Source: a virus (Duplodnaviria > Caudoviricetes). From it: DNA of 43,419 bases. The stretch covers positions 1 to 43,419 of IMG/VR virus record IMGVR_UViG_3300044630_003213; one strand, written 5' to 3'. The position numbers and the translations under genes were made by a program. Of this stretch, positions 8,700-18,336 are shown one piece after another (positions within the stretch are counted from its first letter, which is position 1; every line of letters starts with the position of its first letter). Under the pieces are notes generated by a model. It was given only the letters and a program-made list of their open reading frames with translations, did not search any database and had not been told where the DNA came from.

Positions 8700-8700
8700 A

Positions 8701-9096
8701 TCAGGAACCCATTTCGCTGTCGTACTCCTCAACCATCTCCCGCATACCCTTCTCGTCCATCGGCTCCTTGGAGGCCATGGCCTTCTCGCTCTTGTTCTCG
8801 TACTCAGCGGGCATGCCGTTGACGCTGCGGATCTCGATATAGGCCTCGCCGTTTTCGAGCTTCTTGAGGACACCGCGAACATCGTCCAAAACCACTTCAT
8901 CACCGACCTCGGGCATGGCCTGTTGGCCATCCTCCATGTCAGTGGAAAGGGCTTCGAGCGGAATAGAAATCATGGGTGCATTGTTGTCAGCCTCATCGCA
9001 TCCGCAAGCGGAATGAGAAGAGGGGGCACCACCTTTACGATGATGCCCCCTCGGGCTAACGGCAATCACCATGATGGTGGCCGTCTTGGGTCGCAT
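8701..9096 (-). CDS. Acidic hypothetical protein downstream of capsid
   Basis: 131 aa with 1-nt gaps to both neighbours. Confidence 0.7.
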   Translation of the reverse strand: MRPKTATIMVIAVSPRGHHRKGGAPSSHSACGCDEADNNAPMISIPLEALSTDMEDGQQAMPEVGDEVVLDDVRGVLKKLENGEAYIEIRSVNGMPAEYENKSEKAMASKEPMDEKGMREMVEEYDSEMGS

Positions 9097-9097
9097 A

Positions 9098-10255
9098 TTA
9101 CAGCGTGGTCGAGGTCTTCGTCCGATGCACCAAGTACCACACCGGGTTACCGGTGGAACCGGTGTTACCAGCGGCCAGACGCAGGGCGGCGAAGTACAGC
9201 TTCACGCCGACGGTGACGAGCTGGTTCAACGGATCCGACTTGTCGGGGGTGTCGGTGATCACGATGCGCGGGGACAACGGATCATCACCGGTCAGAGCAG
9301 GGATACCGAACGACTCGTTGCCGAAGAAGAACGAGGCGATGATGTCCTTGGTGGCAGTAACGCCGCCGCCATTGGAGCTGGTCTGGTTAACGAACTTGTC
9401 GTTCTCGGTGGCCGAACCGGTGCTGACGAACGAGTTGGTCTGGGTGACCACGCGGCAACCGTAGATGGAGCCGACCTCGCCCTTGTAGAACGGCTGGCCC
9501 TTGTTGCCGTAGTTCGACGCGTTCAACCAGTCGGCGTCGCGCATGAGGTCGCGGGCCACACGGGGGTCGGTGGCGAGGACGTAGCCGCCGTTGATCAGCG
9601 GGGCGCGGTTGCGCTTCAGGCGGGTCATGGAATCGAGGACAGCCGAGGCGGTCATCGTGGTGTTGGCAGCGGCCGTGTCGGCGTTGAGGCCCACGAAGCT
9701 CTGAGTGGTCAGCGTGGCGGGGTTACCGTACACGCAAGTACCACCCGAGCCAGCGGCGGTACCGCAAGCGTCGGAGTTGTCGAACGTGCCACTACCCTCG
9801 GCAGCAGTACCAAGAACCGAAGTTCCCGAGGCCAACAAGAGGTTGGAGCCGATCAGGGTGTTGCGGATCACCGAGTCAACCCAGAGGGCCATATCCAGAC
9901 CGGAGGTCTTGGTGGCCTGCTGCATGGAGTTGAACAGGTCGGTGGCGCGGAGGATGTCGGTCAATCCGATGACCTGGCCGTACTGTGCCAGCGACTTGCT
10001 CAGGCTGTTGAGGGCCAGAGCGCGGTAGTTGGCGGAGCTGATGGCCGCACCTTCGGAGCTGATGGTCTGAACACTTCCGATGCTCGGAGGTCCGAAACGG
10101 AACATCGAGATGGCCTTGTTACCATTGTTCTTTGGGATCGGAGCCTTCATGGCGAACTGATCCAGGATGGTCTCCTGTTGAACGATGGAGAGCAGCTCCT
10201 TGCTGAAGTAGTTCTGGAACTGGCTCGTGAGCGTGGTTGAAGTAGTAACTGGCAT
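9098..10255 (-). CDS. Major capsid protein, N4-gp56-like family
   Basis: 385 aa with LDQFAMKAPIPKNNG, QYGQVIGLTD, GEVGSIYGCRVV and DKSDPLNQ..TVGVK motifs. Follows the scaffold gene. Confidence 0.92.
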   Translation of the reverse strand: MPVTTSTTLTSQFQNYFSKELLSIVQQETILDQFAMKAPIPKNNGNKAISMFRFGPPSIGSVQTISSEGAAISSANYRALALNSLSKSLAQYGQVIGLTDILRATDLFNSMQQATKTSGLDMALWVDSVIRNTLIGSNLLLASGTSVLGTAAEGSGTFDNSDACGTAAGSGGTCVYGNPATLTTQSFVGLNADTAAANTTMTASAVLDSMTRLKRNRAPLINGGYVLATDPRVARDLMRDADWLNASNYGNKGQPFYKGEVGSIYGCRVVTQTNSFVSTGSATENDKFVNQTSSNGGGVTATKDIIASFFFGNESFGIPALTGDDPLSPRIVITDTPDKSDPLNQLVTVGVKLYFAALRLAAGNTGSTGNPVWYLVHRTKTSTTL

Positions 10256-10276
10256 ATTTGAGTTGTGGTTGTGCTA

Positions 10277-11227
10277 TCAGTTTTCGTCCCGGTCGAACGC
10301 CCTCGACGCTTTCAACAGCGCCTCCCTCTGCTCCTTGAGAGACAGCTTCGAGAAATCTTTCTCCTCAGCCTTAAGTTGTCCTGCCGGTACGCTTTTACCA
10401 ATAGCGGTCTTCTGCTGGAGCTTATTGAGTTGTTCCTTCAGAGCCTTGTTCTCGGCCTCGATCGACTGAGCTTTTCCCGCAGTGTCCTGGAGCTTCATCA
10501 ATTCCACCGCATGGACAAGTCCATCGGGCATTGATGTCAGCATCGGTACCTTCTGGAGCAGTTCGACAGTACGTTTGTACTCGGGGCTGTTCTGATCCTT
10601 CAACCAAGTCTCCTTCTCGGACAACCGGGAAAACGAATCAGACCATGCCTTCGCGAACTTCTCCTGCTGTACCTTCTGCTGTCGCTCTGTAGCAGCTTTT
10701 CGGACTCCATCAGCCTTGGCTCGCGCTGCCTTGGCCAACTGAGAATCGCCATCAGCATCGAACTCCTTGGCCGCAGCCTCGTAGTCCTCCGCCGTGTAGC
10801 CCTTCTCATCTCGGAAGGAACTGGTCTCAGCAGCCTTGGATTGCTCCCGCTGCTTGCCCCACTCCTCCCTTTCCCGCCTCACCGCTTCGCGCTCAGCCTT
10901 GAGGGCCTCCTTCTCAGCGTTGATTTGCTCCCAGGTCTTCGCCTTTCGGTTCTGTTCCTGAGCGAATTTGCTGCTCTTGTCCTTCTCCGTCTTCTGCTCG
11001 GTCTTCTTCTCAGCCTTTGCTTCTGGCTCCGATTTCGTGCCTACTTCCTGCTCGCCACCATCGACCTCTTTACCGGCATTCCCCGCATCGGAGGAATCTT
11101 GCTCAGCAGGAGCCGTCTCATTGTTATTGGGAGACTGCTCCTTGGGCTGGCTGTCGATATCGACACCGGCATCGTAGTCATTGGCCAAAGCGAGCATCGC
11201 ATCGGCACTCAGTGTATCATCTGGCAT
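10277..11227 (-). CDS. Capsid scaffolding protein
   Basis: 316 aa, acidic disordered N-terminus then coiled coil, directly upstream of the capsid gene. Confidence 0.8.
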   Translation of the reverse strand: MPDDTLSADAMLALANDYDAGVDIDSQPKEQSPNNNETAPAEQDSSDAGNAGKEVDGGEQEVGTKSEPEAKAEKKTEQKTEKDKSSKFAQEQNRKAKTWEQINAEKEALKAEREAVRREREEWGKQREQSKAAETSSFRDEKGYTAEDYEAAAKEFDADGDSQLAKAARAKADGVRKAATERQQKVQQEKFAKAWSDSFSRLSEKETWLKDQNSPEYKRTVELLQKVPMLTSMPDGLVHAVELMKLQDTAGKAQSIEAENKALKEQLNKLQQKTAIGKSVPAGQLKAEEKDFSKLSLKEQREALLKASRAFDRDEN

Positions 11228-11282
11228 ATTGTGCTTTTACTCGTTTGCTGGTCCGCACAGACCGGCAACCGCAACTTTGATC

Positions 11283-11606
11283 CTATGTGTTCGTGGCAGA
11301 ATCCGGATCATCCTCCTGCCCCGTAATTGATTCTTGGTCGGCCATCATCTCGATGACCTTCACAAGACTGGCCTGACCCATTGCAAAACCTGATGAGTAT
11401 TGCAAATGGTTTCGGTCAGTTATGGCTGAAGCGTTCTGCATGAGAACGGTATTCAGCAAAGCGTCCTTGAAGCGTTTCCCGCTATCGCTCTTGAAGAAGT
11501 TGCTCAGTGCATTGGCGTCTTCCTTGCGCCATGGTAGCGGGTTTACCCAGCACTGATGTCGGCCAAAGGTCCAAGCAGCGCGGACTCGTGCGATGATGGA
11601 GATCAT
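11283..11606 (-). CDS. Hypothetical head-module protein
   Basis: 107 aa between portal and scaffold; FFKSDSGKRF motif. Confidence 0.7.
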   Translation of the reverse strand: MISIIARVRAAWTFGRHQCWVNPLPWRKEDANALSNFFKSDSGKRFKDALLNTVLMQNASAITDRNHLQYSSGFAMGQASLVKVIEMMADQESITGQEDDPDSATNT

Positions 11607-11608
11607 GG

Positions 11609-11767
11609 TTACTTTGCGGCCTTCTTCCGACCTGCGGCTTGACGGCGCATGAACTCCGCGGCACCGAGCTTCTTGCGACCGATGTAGGCAGCAAGTGCGC
11701 GGGGATCATCGGCACCCTCTTTCTTGAGTTCGGTGGCGAGCTTACTGAACTTGGATTTCTTCTTCAT
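11609..11767 (-). CDS. Small basic protein
   Basis: 52 aa MKKKSKFSKLATELKKEGADDPRALAAYIGRKKLG...; fills the operon gap, below the ORF track cutoff. Confidence 0.7.
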   Translation of the reverse strand: MKKKSKFSKLATELKKEGADDPRALAAYIGRKKLGAAEFMRRQAAGRKKAAK

Positions 11768-11779
11768 ATTGGAAATGGG

Positions 11780-12025
11780 TCACCAGGCTTTGCACGAGTG
11801 ATACCGCGGCGTGGTCTTGTCCGTGGCAGTATCGCAGTTATGCCGTGCGCGGAAGTTTTTCCGGCGCTCCGGATCATCCCGCTTGATCTCCATATTCGGA
11901 TCACCAAAGCGGACCTTGATCACGGTACCCTTGGGATTGCGAACGTACACCGCCTTCTTCTTCTTCTCGCCCGGAGTGTAGAAGGGCTTGTTGAGCGTAA
12001 CCTTCTTGCCTTGGTATTCAGCCAT
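11780..12025 (-). CDS. Conserved small basic phage protein, paralog 2
   Basis: MAEYQGKKV...VRFGDPNM...RRKNFRARHNCD...YHSCKAW, paralog of 5214..5459. Confidence 0.8.
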   Translation of the reverse strand: MAEYQGKKVTLNKPFYTPGEKKKKAVYVRNPKGTVIKVRFGDPNMEIKRDDPERRKNFRARHNCDTATDKTTPRYHSCKAW

Positions 12026-12026
12026 A

Positions 12027-12356
12027 TCAGCCCTCTCCAAAGATTGGTGATTCCTGAATCTCCTTGAGATCGGACACCGGCTTCTTCCGCTGGAATCGCA
12101 CCTTCGGCGGAACACCCTCCTCGAGCGCCTGCAATCCTCCCGGCTCGATCTCCCGCGGTGTGGCCGGTGCGACGCTGCATTGGACGACGGTTCCCTCGGT
12201 GAGCGGTATCATAATCTTCTTATTCTCGAACTCTCCGCACCAGTCATTGGCATTGAGAGTTGGCCAACAACTGGGTCTCCCCGCGGGCGGGAACCTGCGG
12301 CAGGTCCCGTCCACACAATAGAACCGGCAATCCTTACATGTCACGGTGATCATCAC
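12027..12356 (-). CDS. Cys-rich (Zn-binding) hypothetical protein
   Basis: CKDCRFYC...CRRFPP...WP...DWCGEF pattern. Confidence 0.7.
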   Translation of the reverse strand: MMITVTCKDCRFYCVDGTCRRFPPAGRPSCWPTLNANDWCGEFENKKIMIPLTEGTVVQCSVAPATPREIEPGGLQALEEGVPPKVRFQRKKPVSDLKEIQESPIFGEG

Positions 12357-14254
12357 ATCATCTGGGCTTGTTCAGCGGGAGCCGCTACCTCCGCGGGAAC
12401 CGGAGCGGGGGGTTGCGAGGAAGCGAGCAATCCCGTGCTCTCGAAGAACTTCTGGATCTCCTTCCGCAGCTTCCGCGCCTCGTTCGTAGCCACCTGCTCG
12501 TAGCCCTGGAGCAGGCTATCGATCCGCATCATGAACGCGTTCTGGCTCACCGGACTCAGTTGCTGCCCCTGCTGGATCGCACCATTCAGGTACTGCATCA
12601 GCACCCCGATCCGACCCGCATAATTCTGGCCAGGCTTTGCCGGCACCGGGATACCAACCAAGAGCGTTGGTATGGTCTTGGTCTCGTCCTCCAGCTCGTC
12701 CGCCGCCTTCTGGCCCGGATCCCGGAGCAGCCGCTTCACAAGGCTCGGGTCATCCAATTCCATGATGCTCTTGTCCAGCTCCACCTGATCCACCCACGGG
12801 CTGTTCATAAACAACTGCTTCCGGTTGATGGCCTGCTGAACCATCATCTGCCGGCTCACCATGTCCATGCCACCCTTCGGCTCCAGCTCATACTGATCGT
12901 GCAGCGCAATCGGGTCCGCCTCCAACGAGTCCTCGGCAAACCGGTACCGCAGGCTCTTGGAATCATACTGCACGTAGAGTCCCCACGCTTGCCGGTACAA
13001 TTTGCCCAGTGCCATGCGGAACAGACGAGCCCGGAGATCCCCGCTCTGCATGGCTTGAGCGTTGATGCTCTGGATCTCGGTCGCGGTCCTCCGATCACTT
13101 CCACCGCTCATCACACTGCCCATCGCGTAATCCGGGCTACCGATCCGGTTCTCCGCCACGGCCCGTGTCTGGTTCAGCTCCTGATCAAAGCTCACCGGCG
13201 GCTGCGGCATCTGCACCGGAGCCACGCCATAGGGGAGAATCTGCCCCGGCTGGAACCGTAGGTTGATGCTATTGGGCAACTCCCGCTCCGCCCGGAACAG
13301 CGGGCGGTTGTACAGCGTCATCGCATCATGCTTGTGGTTCCACATCGAGGTCATGGACAACTCGAACGGAGCTAGGATCTCGCACACGCCCCGCGGGCTG
13401 AACCATCCCTTGTCCTTGATCTCGTAGGGGAAATCGATGAATGGCAGTTGGCCATGGTCATAGGGGAGCTCCATGGGATCCCGCAGATCCAGATCCACCG
13501 CCGCGGGGCTGTACAGATACACCTCCCACACCCCGTCATCCCGCTTCCGGTACACCTCCCAGACAATCACACCATCCGTGTTGTTGGTGTACGTGATACC
13601 CTCGCGCAACTGCTTCGCATCGTCCTCGGTCGCAGCCCCCGGGATATTGTCATCCTGCTGCGGGTTACCCCGGATCTTCTCAATCGTTTTGGAGTCCGAC
13701 TTCCACCCAAACTGGCCAGCCATCCGCTTGTACGCCGGAACACTCATCGGCATCACATGCACCGCCCAGTCCGCATCCTGCAAATCCGTGGTATACGCCG
13801 GCACCACAAAATACATCGGGTCCACCGCTTCAAACCCCACCCGCTTATCACCCGGATTCCAGAAGCACTTCATCACCCCGCGCCCGCTCATCAGCGTGTA
13901 ATCCACCCAGGAGAGGACCTCGTCAGTAAAGTTGGTCTTCTCCCGGATCTTATAATTGAACCAGTCCTCCGCCACCTTCGTGTACGCGTTCAACTGCTGC
14001 CTCATCGGCACAAAGCTGGCCACCACATCCATCCCCAGCGCCTGCTGGAGGAAGAGAGGCTTGAGCTTCTCGATCGCGGTATCGATCAGCGGCCAATGCA
14101 GATCCGCGGCCTTCGGCCAGGGCTTGTTCGTCCGGCGAAGACCATGATGGCGCAACTCATACCACCGAGTCTGCCGCAGCTCCCATGGGCTCCGCTGGCC
14201 CACGGCCTCAACAATCTGCCCCTGCAACGCATTCCGCTGTTTATCGCTCATCAT
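12353..14254 (-). CDS. Portal protein
   Basis: About 633 aa from ATG 14254, between terminase and scaffold; GRGVMKCFW and RRTATEI motifs of podovirus portals. Confidence 0.88.
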   Translation of the reverse strand: MMSDKQRNALQGQIVEAVGQRSPWELRQTRWYELRHHGLRRTNKPWPKAADLHWPLIDTAIEKLKPLFLQQALGMDVVASFVPMRQQLNAYTKVAEDWFNYKIREKTNFTDEVLSWVDYTLMSGRGVMKCFWNPGDKRVGFEAVDPMYFVVPAYTTDLQDADWAVHVMPMSVPAYKRMAGQFGWKSDSKTIEKIRGNPQQDDNIPGAATEDDAKQLREGITYTNNTDGVIVWEVYRKRDDGVWEVYLYSPAAVDLDLRDPMELPYDHGQLPFIDFPYEIKDKGWFSPRGVCEILAPFELSMTSMWNHKHDAMTLYNRPLFRAERELPNSINLRFQPGQILPYGVAPVQMPQPPVSFDQELNQTRAVAENRIGSPDYAMGSVMSGGSDRRTATEIQSINAQAMQSGDLRARLFRMALGKLYRQAWGLYVQYDSKSLRYRFAEDSLEADPIALHDQYELEPKGGMDMVSRQMMVQQAINRKQLFMNSPWVDQVELDKSIMELDDPSLVKRLLRDPGQKAADELEDETKTIPTLLVGIPVPAKPGQNYAGRIGVLMQYLNGAIQQGQQLSPVSQNAFMMRIDSLLQGYEQVATNEARKLRKEIQKFFESTGLLASSQPPAPVPAEVAAPAEQAQMM

Positions 14255-14271
14255 AAATGTCCTCCCCTCCT

Positions 14272-15807
14272 TTATCCCCCTACCTCGCAACCAGCAAGCG
14301 CAACCCCCTCCGGCTCAATCGCTCCAAGCTCATCCTCCATCCGCTCCAGCAGGCTCCGCCCATCATCACCCAGCGCCTTCATGTACTCGTCCATCCGCTT
14401 CCCGCCACCACCACAGAAGGCCAATACCATCGCATCCGCCCGATCCGGACTGTTCACCCCGCGAGCCCTCAACTCATCCTTCCCCTCCAGCGTCAGCTTA
14501 CCCTTCCCGTTCGTCCGCACCTTCCGGCTCACGAACTGCTGGAGCAGTACCTCGTCCGTCCCCACCGGTCCCAGATTCACCTTCCCCTCCTCCACCATCC
14601 GCCCAAACTCAATCCACATCTCAGCCGCACGGTTCACAAACTGATCATCCCGGATGGCCCGCTCCCCGAAATTCACCCGCCTCACATCCCAGCCCTCCGC
14701 CCGGAGCGCATCGCACATGACAACCCCCATGCCACCCACATCCGCGTAGATGTCCTCGGCCTTCAGCTTCCACTTCCTGAACTCGCTGATGAACCGACCC
14801 ACACTGGCCATCGTGTCCTTGTCCCGCCAGCGGATCAGACCCTTCACCGTGTTCCCATGGCGCACCACCATCACGCTCTCATCCCCGCCGGCGCTGAAGT
14901 CGCAGCCCGCTGTGAGCCGATGACCCTCCGTATCCTCCTTGGGTGGGCCACTCACAACCTTCTGCCAATCGGAGGTCTTTACCGCCGTGAGGCTTCCGTC
15001 ATCCTCCATAAACTCCGCGTAGATCATCGAGCGCACCAGCGGATGCCCCTCGCCCCAGCGGGCCATCTGCTCCGCTATCCACTCCTTCCGGATATGCGGA
15101 CAGTCGTAAGCGGTAACGGTAAAGGTCTGCCACTTGCCATCATTCCTCCGGAATACATCGTAGAAGTACCCGGAGCTGCCACCCGGACTGCTCATCAGCA
15201 AAGTCCGCGTCGGCTGGCACCGCTCCATCGACTGGAATATCCCGTCCGGAACCGCCTTCGCCTCGTCCACAATGTACATCAAGTCATTGCTCGGACCCTG
15301 CACATGCCAGCCCTCCGCCTTCTCCGGGTTGCTGGCTGAGAACCCAATACACCGGCTGATCAGCTCCTGACCATCCACCTTCTTAGGGTACACATACCGG
15401 ATCTCGCCATCCTTGATCGAGAAACCGTTCTCCTCCCCTCCCAACCCATTGATCATCTTCCGCAGATGAGGCCACAACGCGTCGGCCACCTGTCGGTACA
15501 CACCAGCGGTACACACCACCAAGCTCCCCGGCCAGCGGAGCATGTGCCAGACCACCGCGCTCGCCGCTACCATGCTCGTCTTGCCAGAGCCGTTCGCAGC
15601 CTTGAGAGCCACCTTCGAGTGCTTCTCGTTCAACGCACCCAACACCGCCTCCTGCCACGCGTAGGTTTCACGTAGGCCAAGCATCATCTTGGGGAAGTTC
15701 TTAAGCTGCTGAGCCTCCTCCAATAGCTTGCGCTGCTTCCACGCAGGGATGTGAGAACCCATTCCGAGTGAAGGGGATTTCTTGCGCTTAATTTGCTTGA
15801 CGGGCAT
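14272..15807 (-). CDS. terL: Terminase large subunit
   Basis: Walker A AANGSGKT, Walker B YIVDEA, SSPG, nuclease motifs GCDFSAGGD and SPDRADA. Likely start ATG 15807. Confidence 0.95.
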   Translation of the reverse strand: MPVKQIKRKKSPSLGMGSHIPAWKQRKLLEEAQQLKNFPKMMLGLRETYAWQEAVLGALNEKHSKVALKAANGSGKTSMVAASAVVWHMLRWPGSLVVCTAGVYRQVADALWPHLRKMINGLGGEENGFSIKDGEIRYVYPKKVDGQELISRCIGFSASNPEKAEGWHVQGPSNDLMYIVDEAKAVPDGIFQSMERCQPTRTLLMSSPGGSSGYFYDVFRRNDGKWQTFTVTAYDCPHIRKEWIAEQMARWGEGHPLVRSMIYAEFMEDDGSLTAVKTSDWQKVVSGPPKEDTEGHRLTAGCDFSAGGDESVMVVRHGNTVKGLIRWRDKDTMASVGRFISEFRKWKLKAEDIYADVGGMGVVMCDALRAEGWDVRRVNFGERAIRDDQFVNRAAEMWIEFGRMVEEGKVNLGPVGTDEVLLQQFVSRKVRTNGKGKLTLEGKDELRARGVNSPDRADAMVLAFCGGGGKRMDEYMKALGDDGRSLLERMEDELGAIEPEGVALAGCEVGG

Positions 15808-15885
15808 AAAATTTGGTGTGGGACGGGGAGGGGGTATATAGGTAACACCCACCCCCCTCTTGGGGGTCCTGGTCCCCCCGTGGTG

Positions 15886-16308
15886 TTACTTTCCCCCTCC
15901 GAATGCTCCGAGTAGGGCTCCGCTTACCGATAACTCCTTCCCTCCTTTACCAGTGTGCTCGAGTTGAGCGCGAGCAACGTAACCTCTCGTTCTCTCCAGT
16001 AACCATGCGGAGCCTTGCCAGCCTGGGCCGCAGGAACGGACGACTGAAGATAACTCCACTTCTCCATTGAATCGGGCTTGTTCCAGTTCTGCTGCGAAAG
16101 CTGGGTTCCTGGCAAGGTAGCTTTGCCAGCCCGATCCGTTGTTCCAGAACCCACAGCCAATCGCGATGCGTTCCAAAGGAATCCCAAGGCGAGCGGCTTC
16201 AATCGCTTTTTTTGTGACTTCAGTGGAAAGGATTTTAAGGGGTCTCCCAATCTTAGCCTTTGGCTTCTCCGCGACCGTAATTTCCTTCGTTTCCTTCACC
16301 TTGGCCAT
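15886..16308 (-). CDS. terS: Terminase small subunit
   Basis: GRP + HTH N-terminus, WQGSAWLLERTRGY and EHTGKGGKEL; directly upstream of terL. Confidence 0.8.
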   Translation of the reverse strand: MAKVKETKEITVAEKPKAKIGRPLKILSTEVTKKAIEAARLGIPLERIAIGCGFWNNGSGWQSYLARNPAFAAELEQARFNGEVELSSVVRSCGPGWQGSAWLLERTRGYVARAQLEHTGKGGKELSVSGALLGAFGGGK

Positions 16309-16410
16309 GCCCCCTTCCTAGCCTCTTGGAAGCAACTCGCCACTAAAAACCAGCAACTCGCCCCTTTTTTGTGGGCGAAAGTTGGCTAGTGTCTTAAATA
16401 GTCGGCTCCA

Positions 16411-16743
16411 ATGAAAAACGCAGCAACGACCGCAACGACCGCAACCACCACCGAGAAGCCTTTCGCTTCCTTCACCAATGTAGGCTGGGTCCGCCCCGGA
16501 ACTTTTGTTCCCATTGCAACCATCAGCCCGACGCCCGACTGGGTCCGAGGCGTGACCGATTCCCATCACGGATGCCATGAAATCCTGACAGGAACCGAGA
16601 AGGACTGTTGGTGCATGCTATTCGTTCGCTTTGGTGCGGGCGACGGCCTGCCTCCGGGCGATTGGCTGATTTACTACCGGTATGATGATGATGATGGAAC
16701 TCATGATCACCAACTCTGCGTTGCGGCCCGCATCACGCAGTGA
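16411..16743 (+). CDS. Hypothetical early protein
   Basis: 110 aa, first gene of the divergent plus-strand operon. Confidence 0.6.
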   Translation: MKNAATTATTATTTEKPFASFTNVGWVRPGTFVPIATISPTPDWVRGVTDSHHGCHEILTGTEKDCWCMLFVRFGAGDGLPPGDWLIYYRYDDDDGTHDHQLCVAARITQ

Positions 16744-16811
16744 CCGGATCCGGTGGATTACCCGCAAGGGTGATCCCTCTGGTCCGATCATCGTGATCGG
16801 TGTCTCAAATC

Positions 16812-16916
16812 ATGAAATCAAAACTCCTCCGTGCGCTGGCCTTCCTAGCGCTTCACATCCTCCTTTTCCCGGTAATCTGGCTTTTGGCCGACGCTTTGAT
16901 CGGGGGTGCAAATTGA
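16812..16916 (+). CDS. Small single-pass membrane protein
   Basis: 34 aa MKSKLLRALAFLALHILLFPVIWLLADALIGGAN; stop overlaps the next start. Confidence 0.55.
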   Translation: MKSKLLRALAFLALHILLFPVIWLLADALIGGAN

Positions 16917-17167
16917 CTCTTTACCGTTGCAACGGCTTCCGCTCCGTCCGCTCCGATTCTATCCGGGACGCCGCCGGGGTTTTCGCGAAACGTGCCGCCC
17001 GCCGCGCATTTGGAAGGCGCGGACTTGTCCGAACCCTCGTGGAGGATTCCTACACCCGGAACCTGTCCATCGTGGAGTTCGCCGCTTTCATCGGATATCC
17101 GACAGGTCCCAACGAAACGACGGGCCACAATGTTCGTTTTACCGTGATCCATGGAGGTGCCCAATGA
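16913..17167 (+). CDS. Hypothetical early protein
   Basis: TTG start overlapping the upstream TGA, 84 aa, stop overlaps the next ATG. Confidence 0.6.
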   Translation: MTLYRCNGFRSVRSDSIRDAAGVFAKRAARRAFGRRGLVRTLVEDSYTRNLSIVEFAAFIGYPTGPNETTGHNVRFTVIHGGAQ

Positions 17168-17868
17168 ACGGATTCATTCTCCACGAAGATCGCGACCGTG
17201 TGATCATCGCGACCGGATTTGAATCCCCCAGTGACAACCGGAAGACGGGCGATATGATCCAAATTTGGATTCTTGTCAAAGCCGTTTCCCCTACCGAAGC
17301 AATTCGAACGGGGTTGGACCGTTTAATCTGCGGAAATTGCGTCCATCGCGGGCACGAAGAAAACGGTCGCTTTGGAGTAGGCCGCTCATGCTACGTAAAT
17401 CCTGGCCAAGCCCCCCAAGGAATCTGGAAAGCGTGGAAAGCGGGCCGATACTCTCCCTTGCGTAGTCTCGAGTGTTTCGCAGGCCGGAAAGTTCGCTTCG
17501 GAGCCTACGGGGACCCGACACATTTGCCGCTTTCCCTTGCGCTAGCAATTGCGGGCGTTGCAAGCGGGCACACAGGCTATACCCATCAGTGGAGAAAACC
17601 CTCTTTGCAACCTTGGCGTTCCCTTTTGATGGCCTCCGTTGACAGCGTGGCGGAACTGGTCATTGCCCGTTCCCTTGGCTGGTCAACCTTTCGCGTCGGC
17701 TCCGAAGCTAGCCCTGGCGAGTCCCTTTGCGCCAGTGAACGCATCGGAACCCCCTGCATGGATTGTCTCATATGCGCGGGTGCTCGGGGCGGACTCGAGT
17801 CTGTCCATATTCCGCCCCATGGGACCGGAAAGCGGCACTTCGTGGACATGCCCGCTCTGATCGCTTGA
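17164..17868 (+). CDS. Cys-containing conserved phage early protein (possible Fe-S/metal-binding)
   Basis: 234 aa from ATG 17164; NRKTGDMIQ, ICGNCVH, CYV, RFGAYGDP, GYTHQW and CMDCLIC motifs. Confidence 0.75.
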   Translation: MNGFILHEDRDRVIIATGFESPSDNRKTGDMIQIWILVKAVSPTEAIRTGLDRLICGNCVHRGHEENGRFGVGRSCYVNPGQAPQGIWKAWKAGRYSPLRSLECFAGRKVRFGAYGDPTHLPLSLALAIAGVASGHTGYTHQWRKPSLQPWRSLLMASVDSVAELVIARSLGWSTFRVGSEASPGESLCASERIGTPCMDCLICAGARGGLESVHIPPHGTGKRHFVDMPALIA

Positions 17869-17937
17869 ATTCCCCGGCCAGCCCATCGGAAACGGTGGGT
17901 TGCGCGGGCAATTGACGCCCAAAAACAAATCAAAACT

Positions 17938-18336
17938 ATGGCCACACTAAGCAAACACGGGCACGAGGTTGCCCGTTTCGACTACTTGCGTTTTATCCTG
18001 TCGTTCCGTTCCGATGGATCGATCCTGAAGAATGAGGGCGACGGGTGGAAACTCGCGAGGCTCAAAGAGGGCTCAACCTTTGAGCAATGCCTCTTCGGGT
18101 GTCGCGAGCGTGAAAGCAAGCGGTCCCGTGCCTTCCTAGACTATCGCGCCGCGGTTGTTTCGGAATTCCCATTGGCGCAGCGCCTGATTTACTTGGAGCT
18201 CTCCGATTTACTGGACGGCGACATCGACGGGCTCTGGTCTAGTCTCGAGGATGCGGGGATCCACGTGGACCTTGAAACGCTGCGATGGATCCATGGATTG
18301 AAAGAGGCCGCAAAGGGGAAGGCGCTTGTCTCGTGA
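17938..18336 (+). CDS. Hypothetical early protein
   Basis: 132 aa with an A-rich leader before the ATG. Confidence 0.7.
   Translation: MATLSKHGHEVARFDYLRFILSFRSDGSILKNEGDGWKLARLKEGSTFEQCLFGCRERESKRSRAFLDYRAAVVSEFPLAQRLIYLELSDLLDGDIDGLWSSLEDAGIHVDLETLRWIHGLKEAAKGKALVS

Noticed and set aside
9071-10240. 389-aa plus-strand ORF antisense to the capsid gene (similarly 12368..13261, 13448..14644, 14257..15339, 32709..33791, 38949..40022)
   Set aside because: These are shadow ORFs expected from GC-rich codon bias opposite well-supported genes; no recognisable motifs.
16420-16450. gcaacgacc tandem repeat as a phase-variation tract
   Set aside because: It is an in-frame 9-nt unit encoding ATT repeats, so copy-number changes would not shift the frame.
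16906-17163. N-terminal extension of the 320-aa ORF, and similar extensions in the ORF track (e.g. 29483..29674, 23925..24065, 8700..8930)
   Set aside because: They overlap better-supported genes in other frames; downstream starts coupled to upstream stops are more plausible.
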